Below, one piece after another: positions 33,601-50,700 of a stretch of DNA of 64,000 bases. Position 1 is the stretch's first letter, and the number at the start of each line of letters is the position of its first letter. The notes under the pieces were generated by a model. It was not told where the DNA came from. It did not search any database and worked only from the letters and a program-made list of their open reading frames with translations. Position numbers and translations under genes: made by a program. The stretch spans positions 43,090,001-43,154,000 of the forward strand of contig OZ024756.1 of assembly GCA_964016885.1 (NCBI GenBank). The letters run 5' to 3'. The DNA comes from Eledone cirrhosa (Eukaryota).

Positions 33601-36600
33601 TGGACACACACTAGAGACAGATATTGGAGAAACACACTAGAGACAGACATTGGACACACACTAGAGACAGACATTGGACACACACTAGAGACAGACATTG
33701 GACACACACTAGAGATAGACATCGGACACACACTAGAGACAGACATTGGACACACACTAGAAACAGACATTGGACACACACTAGAGACAGACATTGGACA
33801 CACACTAGAGACAGACATTGGACACACACACTAGAGACAGACATTGGACTCACACTAGAAACAGACATTGGACACACACTATAGACAGACATTGGACACA
33901 CTAGAGACAGACATTGGACACAAACACTAGAGTCAGACATTGGACACACACTAGAGACTGACATTGGACACACACTAGAAACAGACATTGGACACCAACT
34001 AGAGGCAGACATTAGACACACATTAGACACAGACATTGGACACACACTAGAGACAGACATTGGATACACACTAGAGACAGACATTGGACACACACTAGAG
34101 ACAGACATCGGACACACACTAGAGACAGACATTGGACACACACTAGAAACAGACATTGGACACACACTAGAGACAGACATTGGACACACACTAGAGACAG
34201 ACATTGGACACACACTAGAGACAGACATTGGACACAAACACGAAATACGGACATTGGACACACACTAGAGACAGACATTAGACACACACTAGAGACAGAC
34301 ATTGGATACACACTAGAGACAGACATTGGACACACACTAGAGACAGACATTGGACACACACTAGAGACAGACATTGGACATACACTAGAGACAGACATTG
34401 GACACATACTAGAAACAGACATTGGACACACACTAGAGACAGACATTGGACACACACTAGAGACTGACATTGGACACACACAAGAGACAGACATTTTACA
34501 CACACTAGAGAGAGACATTGGACACACACACTAGAGACAGACATTGGACACACACTAGAAACAGACATTGGACACACACTAGAAACAGACATTGGACACA
34601 CACTAGAGACTGACATTGGACACACACAAGAGACAGACATTAGAGACACATTAGAGACAGACATTGGACACACACTAGAGACAGACATTGGACACACACT
34701 AGAGACAGACATTGGACACACACTAGAGACAGACATCGGACACACACTAGAGACAGACATTGGACACACACTAGAAACAGACATTGGACACACACTAGAG
34801 ACAGACATTGGACACACACTAGAGACAGACATTGGACACACACACTAGAGACAGACATTGGACACACACTAGAAACAGACATTGGACACACACTAGAGAC
34901 AGACATTGGACACACACCAGAGACAGACATTGGACACACACACTTGTCAGACATTGGACACACACTAGAGACAGACATTGGACACACACTAGAGACTGAC
35001 ATTGGACACACACAAGAGACAGACATTTTACACACACTAGAGAGAGACATTGGACACACACACTAGAGACAGACATTGGACACACACTAGAAACAGACAT
35101 TAGACACACACTAGAGACAGACATTAGACACACACTAGAGACAGACATTGGACACACACTAGAAACAGACATTGGACACATACTAGAAACAGACATTGGA
35201 CACACACTAGAGACAGACATTAGACACACACTAGAGACAGGCATTGGACACACACTAGAGACAGACATTGGACACACACTAGAGACAGACATTAGACACA
35301 CACTAGAGACAGACATTGGACACACACTAGAAACAGACATTGGACACACACTAGAAACAGACATTGGACACACACTAGAGACTGACATTGGACACACACA
35401 AGAGACAGACATTTTACACACACGAGAGATCATTGGACACACACTAGAGACAGGCATTGGACACACACTAGAGAGAGACATTGGACATACACTAGAGACT
35501 GTCATTGGACACACACTAGAGACAGACATTAGACACGCACTAGAGACAGACATTGGACACACACTAGAGACAGACATTGGACACACACACGAAATACGGA
35601 CATTGGACACACACTAGAGACAGACATTAGACACACACTAGAGACAGACATTGGACACACACTAGAGAGAGACATTGGACATACACTAGAGACTGTCATT
35701 GGACACACACTAGAGACAGACATTAGACACGCACTAGAGACAGACATTGGACACACACTAGAGACAGACATTGGACACACACACGAAATACGGACATTGG
35801 ACACACACTAGAGACAGACATTAGACACACACTAGAGACAGACATTGGACACACACTAGAGACAGACATTGGACACACACTAGAGACAGACATTAGACAC
35901 ACACTAGAGACAGACATTGGAAACACACTAGAAACAGACATTGGACACACACTAGAGACAGATATTGGACACACACTAGAGACAGACATTGGACACACAC
36001 TAGAGACTGACATTGAACACACACTAGAGACAGACATTGTTCACACACTAGAGACAGAGATTGGACACACACTAGAGACAGACATTGGACACACTAGAGA
36101 CAGACATTGGACACATACTAGAAACAGACATTGGACACACACTAGAGACAGACATTGGACACACACTAGAGACAGACATTGGACACACACTAGAGTCAGA
36201 CATTGGACACACACTAGAGACAGACATTAGACACACACTAGAGACAGACATTGGACACACACTAGAAAGAGACATTGGACACACACTAGAAACAGACATT
36301 GGACACACACTAGAGACTGACGTTGGACACACACAAGAGACAGACATTTTACACACACTAGAGAGAGACATTGGACACACACTAGAGACAGGCATTGGAC
36401 ACACACTAGCGAGAGACATTGGACACACACTAGAGACTGACATTGAACACACACTAGAGACAGACATTGTTCACACACTAGAGACAGAGATTGGACACAC
36501 ACTAGAGACAGACATTTGACACACACTAGAGATAAACATTAGACACCCACTAGAGACAGACATTGGACACACACACGAAATACGGACATTGGACACACAC

Positions 36601-39600
36601 TAGAGACAGACATTAGACACACACTAGAGACAGACATTGGACACACACTAGAGACAGACATTGGACACATACTAGAGACAGACATTGGACACACACTAGA
36701 GACACACATTAGACCCACACTAGAGACAGACATTGGACACACACTAGAGACTGACATTGGACACACACAAGAGACAGACATTTTACACACACTAGAGAGA
36801 GACATTGGACACACACTAGAGACAGGCATTGGACACACACCAGAGACAGACATTGGACACACACTAGAGACTGACATTGGACACACACTAGAGACAGACA
36901 TTGGACACACACTAGAGACAGACATTGGACACACAGTAGAGCCAGATATTGGGAACACACTAGAGACAGACATTAGACACACACTAGAGACAGACATTGG
37001 ACACACACTAGAAACAGACATTGGACACTCACTAGAGACAGACATTGGACATAGACACTAGAGAGAGACATTGGACCCACACACAAGAGACAGACATTGG
37101 ACACACACTTGAAACAGACATTGGACACACACTAGAGACAGACATTGGACACACACTAGAGACAGACATTGGACACACACTAGAGACAGACATTGGACAC
37201 ACACTAGAGACAGACATTGGACATACACTAGAGAGAGACATTAGACACACACACTAGTGAGAGACATTGGACACACACCAGAGACAGACATTGGACACAC
37301 ACTAGAGAGAGACATTGGACACGCACTAGAGACAGACATTGGACACACACACTAGAGACAGACATTGGACACACACTAGAGAGAGACATTGGACAAACAC
37401 TAGAGACAGACATTGGAAACACACACTAGAGACAGACATTGGACACACACTAGAGACAGACATAGGACCCACACTAGAGACAGACATTGGACACACACTA
37501 GAGACAGACTTTGGACACACACACTAGAGACAGATATTAGACACACACTAGAGACAGACATTGGACACACACTAGAGACAGACATTGGACACACACACTA
37601 GAGACAGACATTGGACACACACTAGAAACAGTGATTGGACACTCACTAGAGACAGACATTGGACACACACACTAGAGACAGACATTGGACACACACGAGA
37701 GACAGACATTAGACACACACTAGGGACAGACATTGGACACACACTAGAGAGAGATATTGGAGAAACACACTAGAGACAGACATTGGACACACACTAGAGA
37801 CAGACATTGGACACACACTAGAGACAGACATTGGACACACACTAGAGATAGACATCGGACACACACTAGAGACAGACATTGGACACACACTAGAAACAGA
37901 CATTGGACACACACTAGAGACAGACATTGGACACACACACTAGAGACAGACATTGGACTCACACTAGAAACAGACATTGGACACACACTATAGACAGACA
38001 TTGGACACACTAGAGACAGACATTGGACACAAACACTAGAGTCAGACATTGGACACACACTAGAGACTGACATTGGACACACACTAGAAACAGACATTGG
38101 ACACCAACTAGAGGCAGACATTAGACACACATTAGACACAGACATTGGACACACACTAGAGACAGACATTGGATACACACTAGAGACAGACATTGGACAC
38201 ACACTAGAGACAGACATCGGACACACACTAGAGACAGACATTGGACACACACTAGAAACAGACATTGGACACACACTAGAGACAGACATTGGACACACAC
38301 TAGAGACAGACATTGGACACACACTAGAGACAGACATTGGACACACACTAGAGACAGACATTGGACATACACTAGAGAGAGACATTAGACACACACACTA
38401 GTGAGAGACATTGGACACACACCAGAGACAGACATTGGACACACACTAGAGAGAGACATTGGACACGCACTAGAGACAGACATTGGACACACACACTAGA
38501 GACAGACATTGGACACACACTAGAGAGAGACATTGGACAAACACTAGAGACAGACATTGGAAACACACACTAGAGACAGACATTGGACACACACTAGAGA
38601 CAGACATAGGACCCACACTAGAGACAGACATTGGACACACACTAGAGACAGACTTTGGACACACACACTAGAGACAGATATTAGACACACACTAGAGACA
38701 GACATTGGACACACACTAGAGACAGACATTGGACACACACACTAGAGACAGACATTGGACACACACTAGAAACAGTGATTGGACACTCACTAGAGACAGA
38801 CATTGGACACACACACTAGAGACAGACATTGGACACACACGAGAGACAGACATTAGACACACACTAGGGACAGACATTGGACACACACTAGAGACAGATA
38901 TTGGAGAAACACACTAGAGACAGACATTGGACACACACTAGAGACAGACATTGGACACACACTAGAGACAGACATTGGACACACACTAGAGATAGACATC
39001 GGACACACACTAGAGACAGACATTGGACACACACTAGAAACAGACATTGGACACACACTAGAGACAGACATTGGACACACACTAGAGACAGACATTGGAC
39101 ACACACACTAGAGACAGACATTGGACTCACACTAGAAACAGACATTGGACACACACTATAGACAGACATTGGACACACTAGAGACAGACATTGGACACAA
39201 ACACTAGAGTCAGACATTGGACACACACTAGAGACTGACATTGGACACACACTAGAAACAGACATTGGACACCAACTAGAGGCAGACATTAGACACACAT
39301 TAGACACAGACATTGGACACACACTAGAGACAGACATTGGATACACACTAGAGACAGACATTGGACACACACTAGAGACAGACATCGGACACACACTAGA
39401 GACAGACATTGGACACACACTAGAAACAGACATTGGACACACACTAGAGACAGACATTGGACACACACTAGAGACAGACATTGGACACACACTAGAGACA
39501 GACATTGGACACACACACGAAATACGGACATTGGACACACACTAGAGACAGACATTAGACACACACTAGAGACAGACATTGGATACACACTAGAGACAGA

Positions 39601-41770
39601 CATTGGACACACACTAGAGACAGACATTGGACACACACTAGAGACAGACATTGGACATACACTAGAGACAGACATTGGACACATACTAGAAACAGACATT
39701 GGACACACACTAGAGACAGACATTGGACACACACTAGAGACTGACATTGGACACACACAAGAGACAGACATTTTACACACACTAGAGAGAGACATTGGAC
39801 ACACACACTAGAGACAGACATTGGACACACACTAGAAACAGACATTGGACACACACTAGAAACAGACATTGGACACACACTAGAGACTGACATTGGACAC
39901 ACACAAGAGACAGACATTAGAGACACATTAGAGACAGACATTGGACACACACTAGAGACAGACATTGGACACACACTAGAGACAGACATTGGACACACAC
40001 TAGAGACAGACATCGGACACACACTAGAGACAGACATTGGACACACACTAGAAACAGACATTGGACACACACTAGAGACAGACATTGGACACACACTAGA
40101 GACAGACATTGGACACACACACTAGAGACAGACATTGGACACACACTAGAAACAGACATTGGACACACACTAGAGACAGACATTGGACACACACCAGAGA
40201 CAGACATTGGACACACACACTTGTCAGACATTGGACACACACTAGAGACAGACATTGGACACACACTAGAGACTGACATTGGACACACACAAGAGACAGA
40301 CATTTTACACACACTAGAGAGAGACATTGGACACACACACTAGAGACAGACATTGGACACACACTAGAAACAGACATTAGACACACACTAGAGACAGACA
40401 TTAGACACACACTAGAGACAGACATTGGACACACACTAGAAACAGACATTGGACACATACTAGAAACAGACATTGGACACACACTAGAGACAGACATTAG
40501 ACACACACTAGAGACAGGCATTGGACACACACTAGAGACAGACATTGGACACACACTAGAGACAGACATTAGACACACACTAGAGACAGACATTGGACAC
40601 ACACTAGAAACAGACATTGGACACACACTAGAAACAGACATTGGACACACACTAGAGACTGACATTGGACACACACAAGAGACAGACATTTTACACACAC
40701 GAGAGATCATTGGACACACACTAGAGACAGGCATTGGACACACACTAGAGAGAGACATTGGACATACACTAGAGACTGTCATTGGACACACACTAGAGAC
40801 AGACATTAGACACGCACTAGAGACAGACATTGGACACACACTAGAGACAGACATTGGACACACACACGAAATACGGACATTGGACACACACTAGAGACAG
40901 ACATTAGACACACACTAGAGACAGACATTGGACACACACTAGAGACAGACATTGGACACACACTAGAGACAGACATTAGACACACACTAGAGACAGACAT
41001 TGGACACACACTAGAAACAGACATTGGACACACACTAGAGACAGATTATGGACACACACTAGAGACAGACATTGGACACACACTAGAGACTGACATTGAA
41101 CACACACTAGAGACAGACATTGTTCACACACTAGAGACAGAGATTGGACACACACTAGAGACAGACATTGGACACACTAGAGACAGACATTGGACACATA
41201 CTAGAAACAGACATTGGACACACACTAGAGACAGACATTGGACACACACTAGAGACAGACATTGGACACACACTAGAGTCAGACATTGGACACACACTAG
41301 AGACAGACATTAGACACACACTAGAGACAGACATTGGACACACACTAGAAAGAGACATTGGACACACACTAGAAACAGACATTGGACACACACTAGAGAC
41401 TGACGTTGGACACACACAAGAGACAGACATTTTACACACACTAGAGAGAGACATTGGACACACACTAGAGACAGGCATTGGACACACACTAGCGAGAGAC
41501 ATTGGACACACACTAGAGACTGACATTGAACACACACTAGAGACAGACATTGTTCACACACTAGAGACAGAGATTGGACACACACTAGAGACAGACATTT
41601 GACACACACTAGAGATAAACATTAGACACCCACTAGAGACAGACATTGGACACACACTAGAGACACACATTAGACCCACACTAGAGACAGACATTGGACA
41701 CACACTAGAGACTGACATTGGACACACACAAGAGACAGACATTTTACACACACTAGAGAGAGACATTGGA
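27620..41770 (+). repeat. Tandem higher-order repeat with period ~5.25 kb (first copy 3863 bp), about 3 copies
   Basis: ORF pairs at offset 5253 (30470/35723, 30819/36072, 31779/37032, 32491/37744), 5277 (33193/38470, 34012/39289, 34819/40096), 5083 (36072/41155) and 3863 (27916/31779). Confidence 0.92.
31960..34230 (+). repeat. Nested 1144-bp tandem duplication inside the 5.25-kb HOR (also at ~37210-39500)
   Basis: CTAGTGAGAGAC occurs at 32001/33145 and 37254/38398, with the following CATAGGACCC, GACTTTGG, AAACAGTGATTGG and CACCAACTAGAGGC markers repeated in the same order. Confidence 0.9.
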
Positions 41771-44700
41771 CACACACACTAGAGAGAGACATTGGACACA
41801 CACTAGAGACAGGCATTGGACAAAGACTAGAGACAGACATTGGACACACACTAGAGACAGACATTGGACACACATTAGAGACAGACATTGGACACACACT
41901 AGAGAGAGACATTGGACATACACTAGAGACAGACATTGGACACACACTAGAGACAGACATTAGACACGCACTAGAGACAGACATTGGACACACACTAGAG
42001 ACAGACATTGGACACACACACGAAATACGGACATTGGACACACACTAGAGACAGACATTAGACACTCACTAGAGACAGACATTGGACACACACTAGAGAC
42101 AGACATTGGTCACACACTAGAGACAGACATTAGACACACACTAGAGACAGACATTGGACACACTAGAGCCAGGCATTAGACACACACTAGAGACAGACAT
42201 TGGACACACACTAGAAACAGACATTGGACACACACTAGAAACAGACATTGGGCTCACACTAGAGACTGACTTTGGACACACACAAGAGACAGACATTTTA
42301 CACACACTAGAGAGAGACATTGGACACACACTAGAGACAGGCATTGGACACACACTAGAGAGAGACATTGGACACACACTAGAGACTGACATTGGACACA
42401 CACTAGAGACAGACATTGTACACACACTAGAGACAGACATTGTAGACACACTAGAGACAGACATTGGACACACACTAGAGACAGACATTGGACACACACA
42501 CTAGTCAGACATTGGACACACACTAGAGACAGTCATTGGACACACACTAGAGACAGACATTAGACACACATTAGAGACAGACATTAGACACACACTAGAG
42601 ACAGACATTGGACACACACTAGAAACAGACATTGGACACACACTAGAAACAGACATTGGACACACACTAGAGACTGACATTGGACACACACAAGAGACAG
42701 ACATTTTACACACACTAGAGAGAGTCATTGGACACACACTAGAGACAGACATTGGACACACACTCTAGAGACACACATTGGACACACACGAGAGACAGAC
42801 ATTAGACACACACTAGAGACAGACATTGGACACACACTGGAGACAGACATTAGATACTCACTAGAGACAGACATTGGACACACACTAGAGACAGACATTG
42901 GACATACACTAGAGACAGACATTGGACACACACTAGAGACAGACATTAGACACGCACTAGAGACAGACATTGGACACACACACGAAATACGGACATTGGA
43001 CACACACTAGAGACAGACATTAGACACACACTAGAGACAGACATTGGACACACACTAGAGACAGACATTGGACACACACTAGAGACAGACATTAGACACA
43101 TACTAGAGACAGACATTGGACACACTAGAGACAGACATTGGACACACACTAGAGACAGACATTGGACACACACTAGAGACAGACATTGGACACACACTAG
43201 AGACAGACATTGGACACACACTAGAGACAGACATTAGACACACACTAGAGACAGACATTGGACACACACTAGAAACAGATATTGGACACACACTAGAAAC
43301 AGACATTGGACACACACTAGAGACTGACATTGGACACACGCAAGAGACAGACATTTTACACACACTAGAGAGAGACATTGGACACACACTAGAGACAGGC
43401 ATTGGATACACACTAGAGAGAGACATTGGACACACACTAGAGACTGACATTGGACACACACTAGACACAGACATTGTACACACACTAGAGACAGACATTG
43501 GACACACACTAGAGACAGACATTGGACACACACTAGAGATAAACATTAGACACGCACTAGAGACAGACATTGGACACACACTAGAGACAGACATTGGACA
43601 CACACGCGAAATACGGACATTGGACACACACTAGAGACAGACATTGGACACACACACGAAATACGGACATTGGACACACACTAGAGACAGACATTAGACA
43701 CACACTAGAGACAGACATTGGACACACACTAGAGACAGACATTGGACACACACTAGAGACTGACATTGGACACAAACAAGAGACAGACATTGGACACACA
43801 CTAGAGACAGACATTAGACACACACTAGAGACAGACATTGGACACACACTAGAGACAGAAATTGGACACACACTAGAGACTGACATTGGACACACACAAG
43901 AGACAGACATTGGACACACACTAGAGACAGATATTGGAGACACACACTAGAGACAGACATTGGACACACACTAGAAACAGACATTGGACACACACTAGAG
44001 ACAGACATTGGACACACACTAGAGACAGACATTGGACACACACTAGAGACAGACATTGGACACACACACTAGAGACAGACATTGGACACACACTAGAAAC
44101 AGACATTGGACACACACTAGAGACAGACATTGGACACACACTAGAGACAGACATTGGACACACACTAGAGACAGACATTAGATACACATTAGAGACATAC
44201 ATTAGACACACACTAGAGACAGACATTGGACACACACTAGAAACAGACATTGGACACACACTAGAAACAGACATTGGACACACACTAGAGACTGACATTG
44301 GACACACACAAGAGACAGACATTTTACACACACTAGAGAGAGTCATTGGACACACACTAGAGACAGACATTGGACACACACACTAGAGACAGACATTGGA
44401 CACACACGAGAGACAGACATTAGACACACACTAGAGACAGACATTGGACACACACTAGAGACAGACATTGGACACACACTAGAGACAGGCATTGGACACA
44501 CACACTAGTCAGACATTGGACGCACACTAGATACAGCCATTGGACACACACTAGAGACAGACATTGGACATACACTAGAGACAGACATTGGACACAGACT
44601 AGAGACAGACATTAGACACGCACTAGAGACAGACATTGGACACACACTAGAGACAGACATTGGACACACACACGAAATACGGACATTGGACACACACTAG

Positions 44701-47700
44701 AGACAGACATTAGACACACACTAGAGACAGACATTGGACACACACTAGAGACAGACATTGGACACACACTAGAGACAGACATTGGACACACACTAGAGAC
44801 AAACATTAGACACACACTAGAGACAGACATTGGACACACACTAGAGACAGACATTGGACACACAATAGAAACAGACATTGGACACACACTAGAAACAGAC
44901 ATTGGACACACACTAGAGACTGACATTGGACACACACAAGAGACAGACATTTTACACACACAAGAGAGAGACATTGGACACACACTAGAGACAGGCATTG
45001 GACACACACTAGAGAGAGACATTGGACACACACTAGAGACTGACATTGGACACACACTAGAGACAGACATTGTACACACACTAGAGACGGACATTGGACA
45101 CACACTAGAGACAGACATTGGACACACACTAGAGATAAACATTAGACACGCACTAGAGACAGACATTGGACACACACTAGAGACAGACATTAGACACACA
45201 CTAGAGACAGACATTGGACACACACTAGAGACAGACATTGGACACACACTAGAGACAGACATTGGACACACACCAGAGACAGACATTAGACACACACCAG
45301 AGACAGACATTGGACACACACTACAAACAGACATTGGACACACACTAGAGACAGATATTGGACACACACTAGAGACTGACATTGGACACACACAAGAGAC
45401 AGACATTTTACACACACTAGAGAGAGACATTGGACACACACTAGAGACAGATATTGGAGACACACACTAGAGACAGACATTGGACACACACTAGAGAAAG
45501 ACATTAGACACACATTAGAGACAGACATTGGACACACACTAGAGACAGACATTGGACACACACTAGAGACAGACATTGGACACATACTAGAAACAGACAT
45601 TGGACACACACTAGAGACAGACATTGGACACACACTAGAGACAGACATTGGACACACACTAGAGACAGACATTGGACACACACTAGAGGCAGACATTAGA
45701 CACACACTAGAGACAGACATTGGACACACACTAGAAAGAGACATTGGACACACACTAGAAACAGACATTGGACACACACAAGAGACAGACATTTTACACA
45801 CACTAGAGAGAGACATTGGACACACACTAGAGACAGGCATTGGACACACACTAGAGAGAGACATTGGACACACACTAGAGACTGACATTGGACATACACT
45901 AGAGACAGACAATGTACACACACTAGAGACAGACATTGGACACACACTAGAGACAGACATTGGACACACACTAGAGATAAACATTAGACACGCAAGATAG
46001 ACAGACATTGGACACACACTAGAGACAGACATCAGACCCACACTAGAGACAGACATTAGACACACACTAGAAACAGACATTGGACACACACTAGAGACAG
46101 ACATTGGACACACACACGAAATAGGGACATTGGACACACACTAGAGACAGACATTAGACACACACTAGAGACAGACGTTGGACACACACTAGAGACAGAC
46201 ATTGGACACACACTAGAAACAGACATTGGACACACACTAGAGACAGACATTGGACACACACTAGAGACTGACATTGGACACACACAAGAGACAGACATTT
46301 TACACAGACTAGAGAGAGATATTGGACACACACACTAGAGTCAGACATTGGACACACACTAGAGACAGACATTGGACACACACTAGAGACAGACATTGGA
46401 CACACACTAGAGACAGACATTAGACCCACACTAGAGACAGACATTAGACACACACTAGAGAGAGACATTGGACACACACACTAGAGTCAGACATTGGACA
46501 CACACTAGAGACAAACATTGGACACACACTAGAGACAGATATTGGAGTCATACACTAGAGACAGACATTGGACACCAACTAGAGGCAGACATTAGACACA
46601 CATTAGACACAGACATTGGACACACACTAGAGACAGACATTGGATACACACTAGAGACAGACATTGGACACACACTAGAGACAGACATCGGACACACACT
46701 AGAGACAGACATTGGACACACACTAGAAACAGACATTGGACACACACTAGAGACAGACATTGGACACACACTAGAGACAGACATTGGACACACACACTAG
46801 AGACAGACATTGGACACACACTAGAAACAGACGTTGGACACACACTAGAGACAGACATTGGACACACACTAGAGACAGACATTGGACACACACACTAGAG
46901 TCAGACATTGGACACACACTAGAGACAGACATTGGACACATACTAGAGACAGACATTGGACACACACTAGAGACAGACATTAGACCCACACTAGAGACAG
47001 ACATTAGACACACACTAGAAACAGACATTGGACACACACTAGAGACAGACATTGGACACACACTAGAGACTGACATTGGACACACACAAGAGACAGACAT
47101 TTTACACAGACTAGAGAGAGATATTGGACACACACGCTAGAGTCAGACATTGGACACACACTAGAGACAGACATTGGACACACACTAGAGACAGATATTG
47201 GAGTCACACACTAGAGACAGACATTGGACACCAACTAGAGGCAGACATTAGACACACATTAGACACAGACATTGGACACACACTAGAGACAGACATTGGA
47301 TACACACTAGAGACAGACATTAGACACACACTAGAGACAGACATTGGACACACACACTAGAGACAGACATTGGACACACACTAGAAACAGACATTGGACA
47401 CACACTAGAGACAGACATTGGACACACACACTAGAGTCAGACATTGGACACACACTAGAGACAGACATTGGACACACACTAGAGACAGACATTGGACATA
47501 CACTAGAGACAGACATTGGACACATACTAGAAACAGACATTGGACACACACTAGAGACAGACATTGGACACACACTAGAGACAGACATTGGACACACACT
47601 AGAGACAGACATTGGACACACACTAGAGACAGACATTAGACACACACTAGAGACAGACATTGGACACACACTAGAAACAGACATTGGACACACACTAGAA

Positions 47701-50700
47701 ACAGACATTGGACACACACTAGAGACTGACATTGGACACACACAAGAGACAGACATTTTACACACACTAGAGAGAGTCATTGGACACACACTAGAGACAG
47801 CCATTGGACACACATACTAGAGACAGACATTGGACACACACGAGAGACAGACATTAGACACACACTAGAGACAGACATTGGACACACATTAGATACAGAA
47901 TTTGGACACACACTGGAGACAGACATTAGACACTCACTAGAGACAGACATTGGACACACACTCGAGACTGACATTGGACACAAACTAGATACAGCCATTG
48001 GACACACACTAGAGACAGACATTGGACATACACTAGAGAGAGACATTGGACACACACTAGAGACAGACATTAGACACACTAGAGACAGACATTGGACACA
48101 CACTAGAGGCATACATTGGACACATACTAGAAACAGACATTGGACACACACTAGAGACAGACATTGGACACACACAAGAGACAGGCATTGGACACACACT
48201 AGAGACAGACATTGGACACACACTAGAGACAGACATTGGACACACACTAGAGACAGACATTGGACACACACTAGAAACAGACATTGGACACACACTAGAA
48301 ACAGACATTGGACACACACTAGAGACTGACATTGGACACACACAAGAGACAGATATTTTACACACACTAGAGAGAGACATTGGACACACACTAGAGACAG
48401 GCATTGGACACACACTAGAGAGAGACATTGGACACACACTAGAGACTGACATTGGACACACACTAGAGACAGACATTGTACACACACTAGAGACAGACAT
48501 TGGACACACACTAGAGACAGACATTGGACACATACTAGAAACAGAACTTGGACACACACTAGAGACAGATATTGGACACACACTAGAGACAGACATTGGA
48601 CACACACTAGAGACAGACATTGGACACACACTAGAGACAGACATTAGACACACACTAGAGACAGACATTGGACACACACTAGAAAGAGACATTGGACACA
48701 CACTAGAAACAGACATTGGACACACACTAGAGACTGACATTGGACACACACAAGAGACAGACATTTTACACACACTAGAGAGAGACATTGGACACACACT
48801 AGAGACAGGCATTGGACACACACTAGAGAGAGACATTGGACACACACTAGAGACTGACATTGAACACACACTAGAGACAGACATTGTACACACACTAGAG
48901 ACAGAGATTGGACACACACTAGAGACAGACATTTGACACACACTAGAGATAAACATTAGACACGCACTAGAGACAGACATTGGACACACACTAGAGACTG
49001 ACATTGGACACACACACGAAATATGGACATTGGACACACACTAGAGATAGACATTAGACACACACTAGAGACAGACATTGGACACACACTAGAGACAGAC
49101 ATTAGACACGCACTAGAGACAGACATTGGACACACACTAGAGACAGACATTAGACACGCACTAGAGACAGACATTGGACACACACTAGAGACTGACATTG
49201 GACACACACAAGAGACAGACATTGGACACACACACGAAATACGGACATTGGACACACACTAGAGACAGACATTAGACACACACTAGAGACAGACATTGGA
49301 CACACACTAGAGACACACATTAGACCCACACTAGAGACAGACATTAGACACACACTAGAGTCAGACATTGGACACACACTAGAGACAGACATTGGACACA
49401 CACTAGAGACTGACATTGGACACACACAAGAGACAGACATTTTACACACACTAGAGAGAGACATTGGACACACACTAGAGTCAGGCATTGGACACACACT
49501 AGAGACAGACATTGGACACACACTAGAGACAGACATTGGACACACATTAGAGACAGACATTGGACACACACTAGAGACAGACATTAGACACACACTAGAG
49601 ACAGACATTGGACACACACTAGAGACAGACATTGGACACACACACTAGAGACAGACATTGGACACACACTAGAAACAGACATTGGACACACACTAGAGAC
49701 AGACATTGGACACACACACTAGAGTCAGACATTGGACACACACTAGAGACAGACATTGGATACACACTAGAGACAGACATTGGACATACACTAGAGACAG
49801 ACATTGGACACATACTAGAAACAGACATTGGACACACACTAGAGACAGACATTGGACACACACTAGAGACAGACATTGGACACACACTAGAGACAGACAT
49901 TGGACACACACTAGAGACAGACATTGGACACACACTAGAGACAGACATTAGACACACACTAGAGACAGACATTGGACACACACTAGAAACAGACATTGGA
50001 CACACACTAGAAACAGACATTGGACACACACTAGAGACTGACATTGGACACACACAAGAGACCGACATTTTACACACACTAGAGAGAGTCATTGGACACA
50101 CACTAGAGACAGACATTGGACACACATACTAGAGACAGACATTGGACACACACGAGAGACAGACATTAGACACACACTAGAGACAGACATTGGACACACA
50201 TTAGATACAGAATTTGGACACACACTGGAGACAGACATTAGACACTCACTAGAGACAGACATTGGACACACACTCGAGACTGACATTGGACACAAACTAG
50301 ATACAGCCATTGGACACACACTAGAGACAGACATTGGACATACACTAGAGAGAGACATTGGACACACACTAGAGACAGACATTAGACACGCACTAGAGAC
50401 AGACATTGGACACACACTAGAGACAGACATTAGACACACACTAGAGACAGACATTGGACACACTAGAGACAGACATTGGACACACACTAGAGACATACAT
50501 TGGATACATACTAGAAACAGACATTGGACACACACTAGAGACAGACATTGGACACACACAAGAGACAGGCATTGGACACACACTAGAGACAGACATTGGA
50601 CACACACTAGAGACAGACATTAGACACACACTAGAGACAGACATTGGACACACACTAGAAACAGACATTGGACACACACTAGAAACAGACATTGGACACA

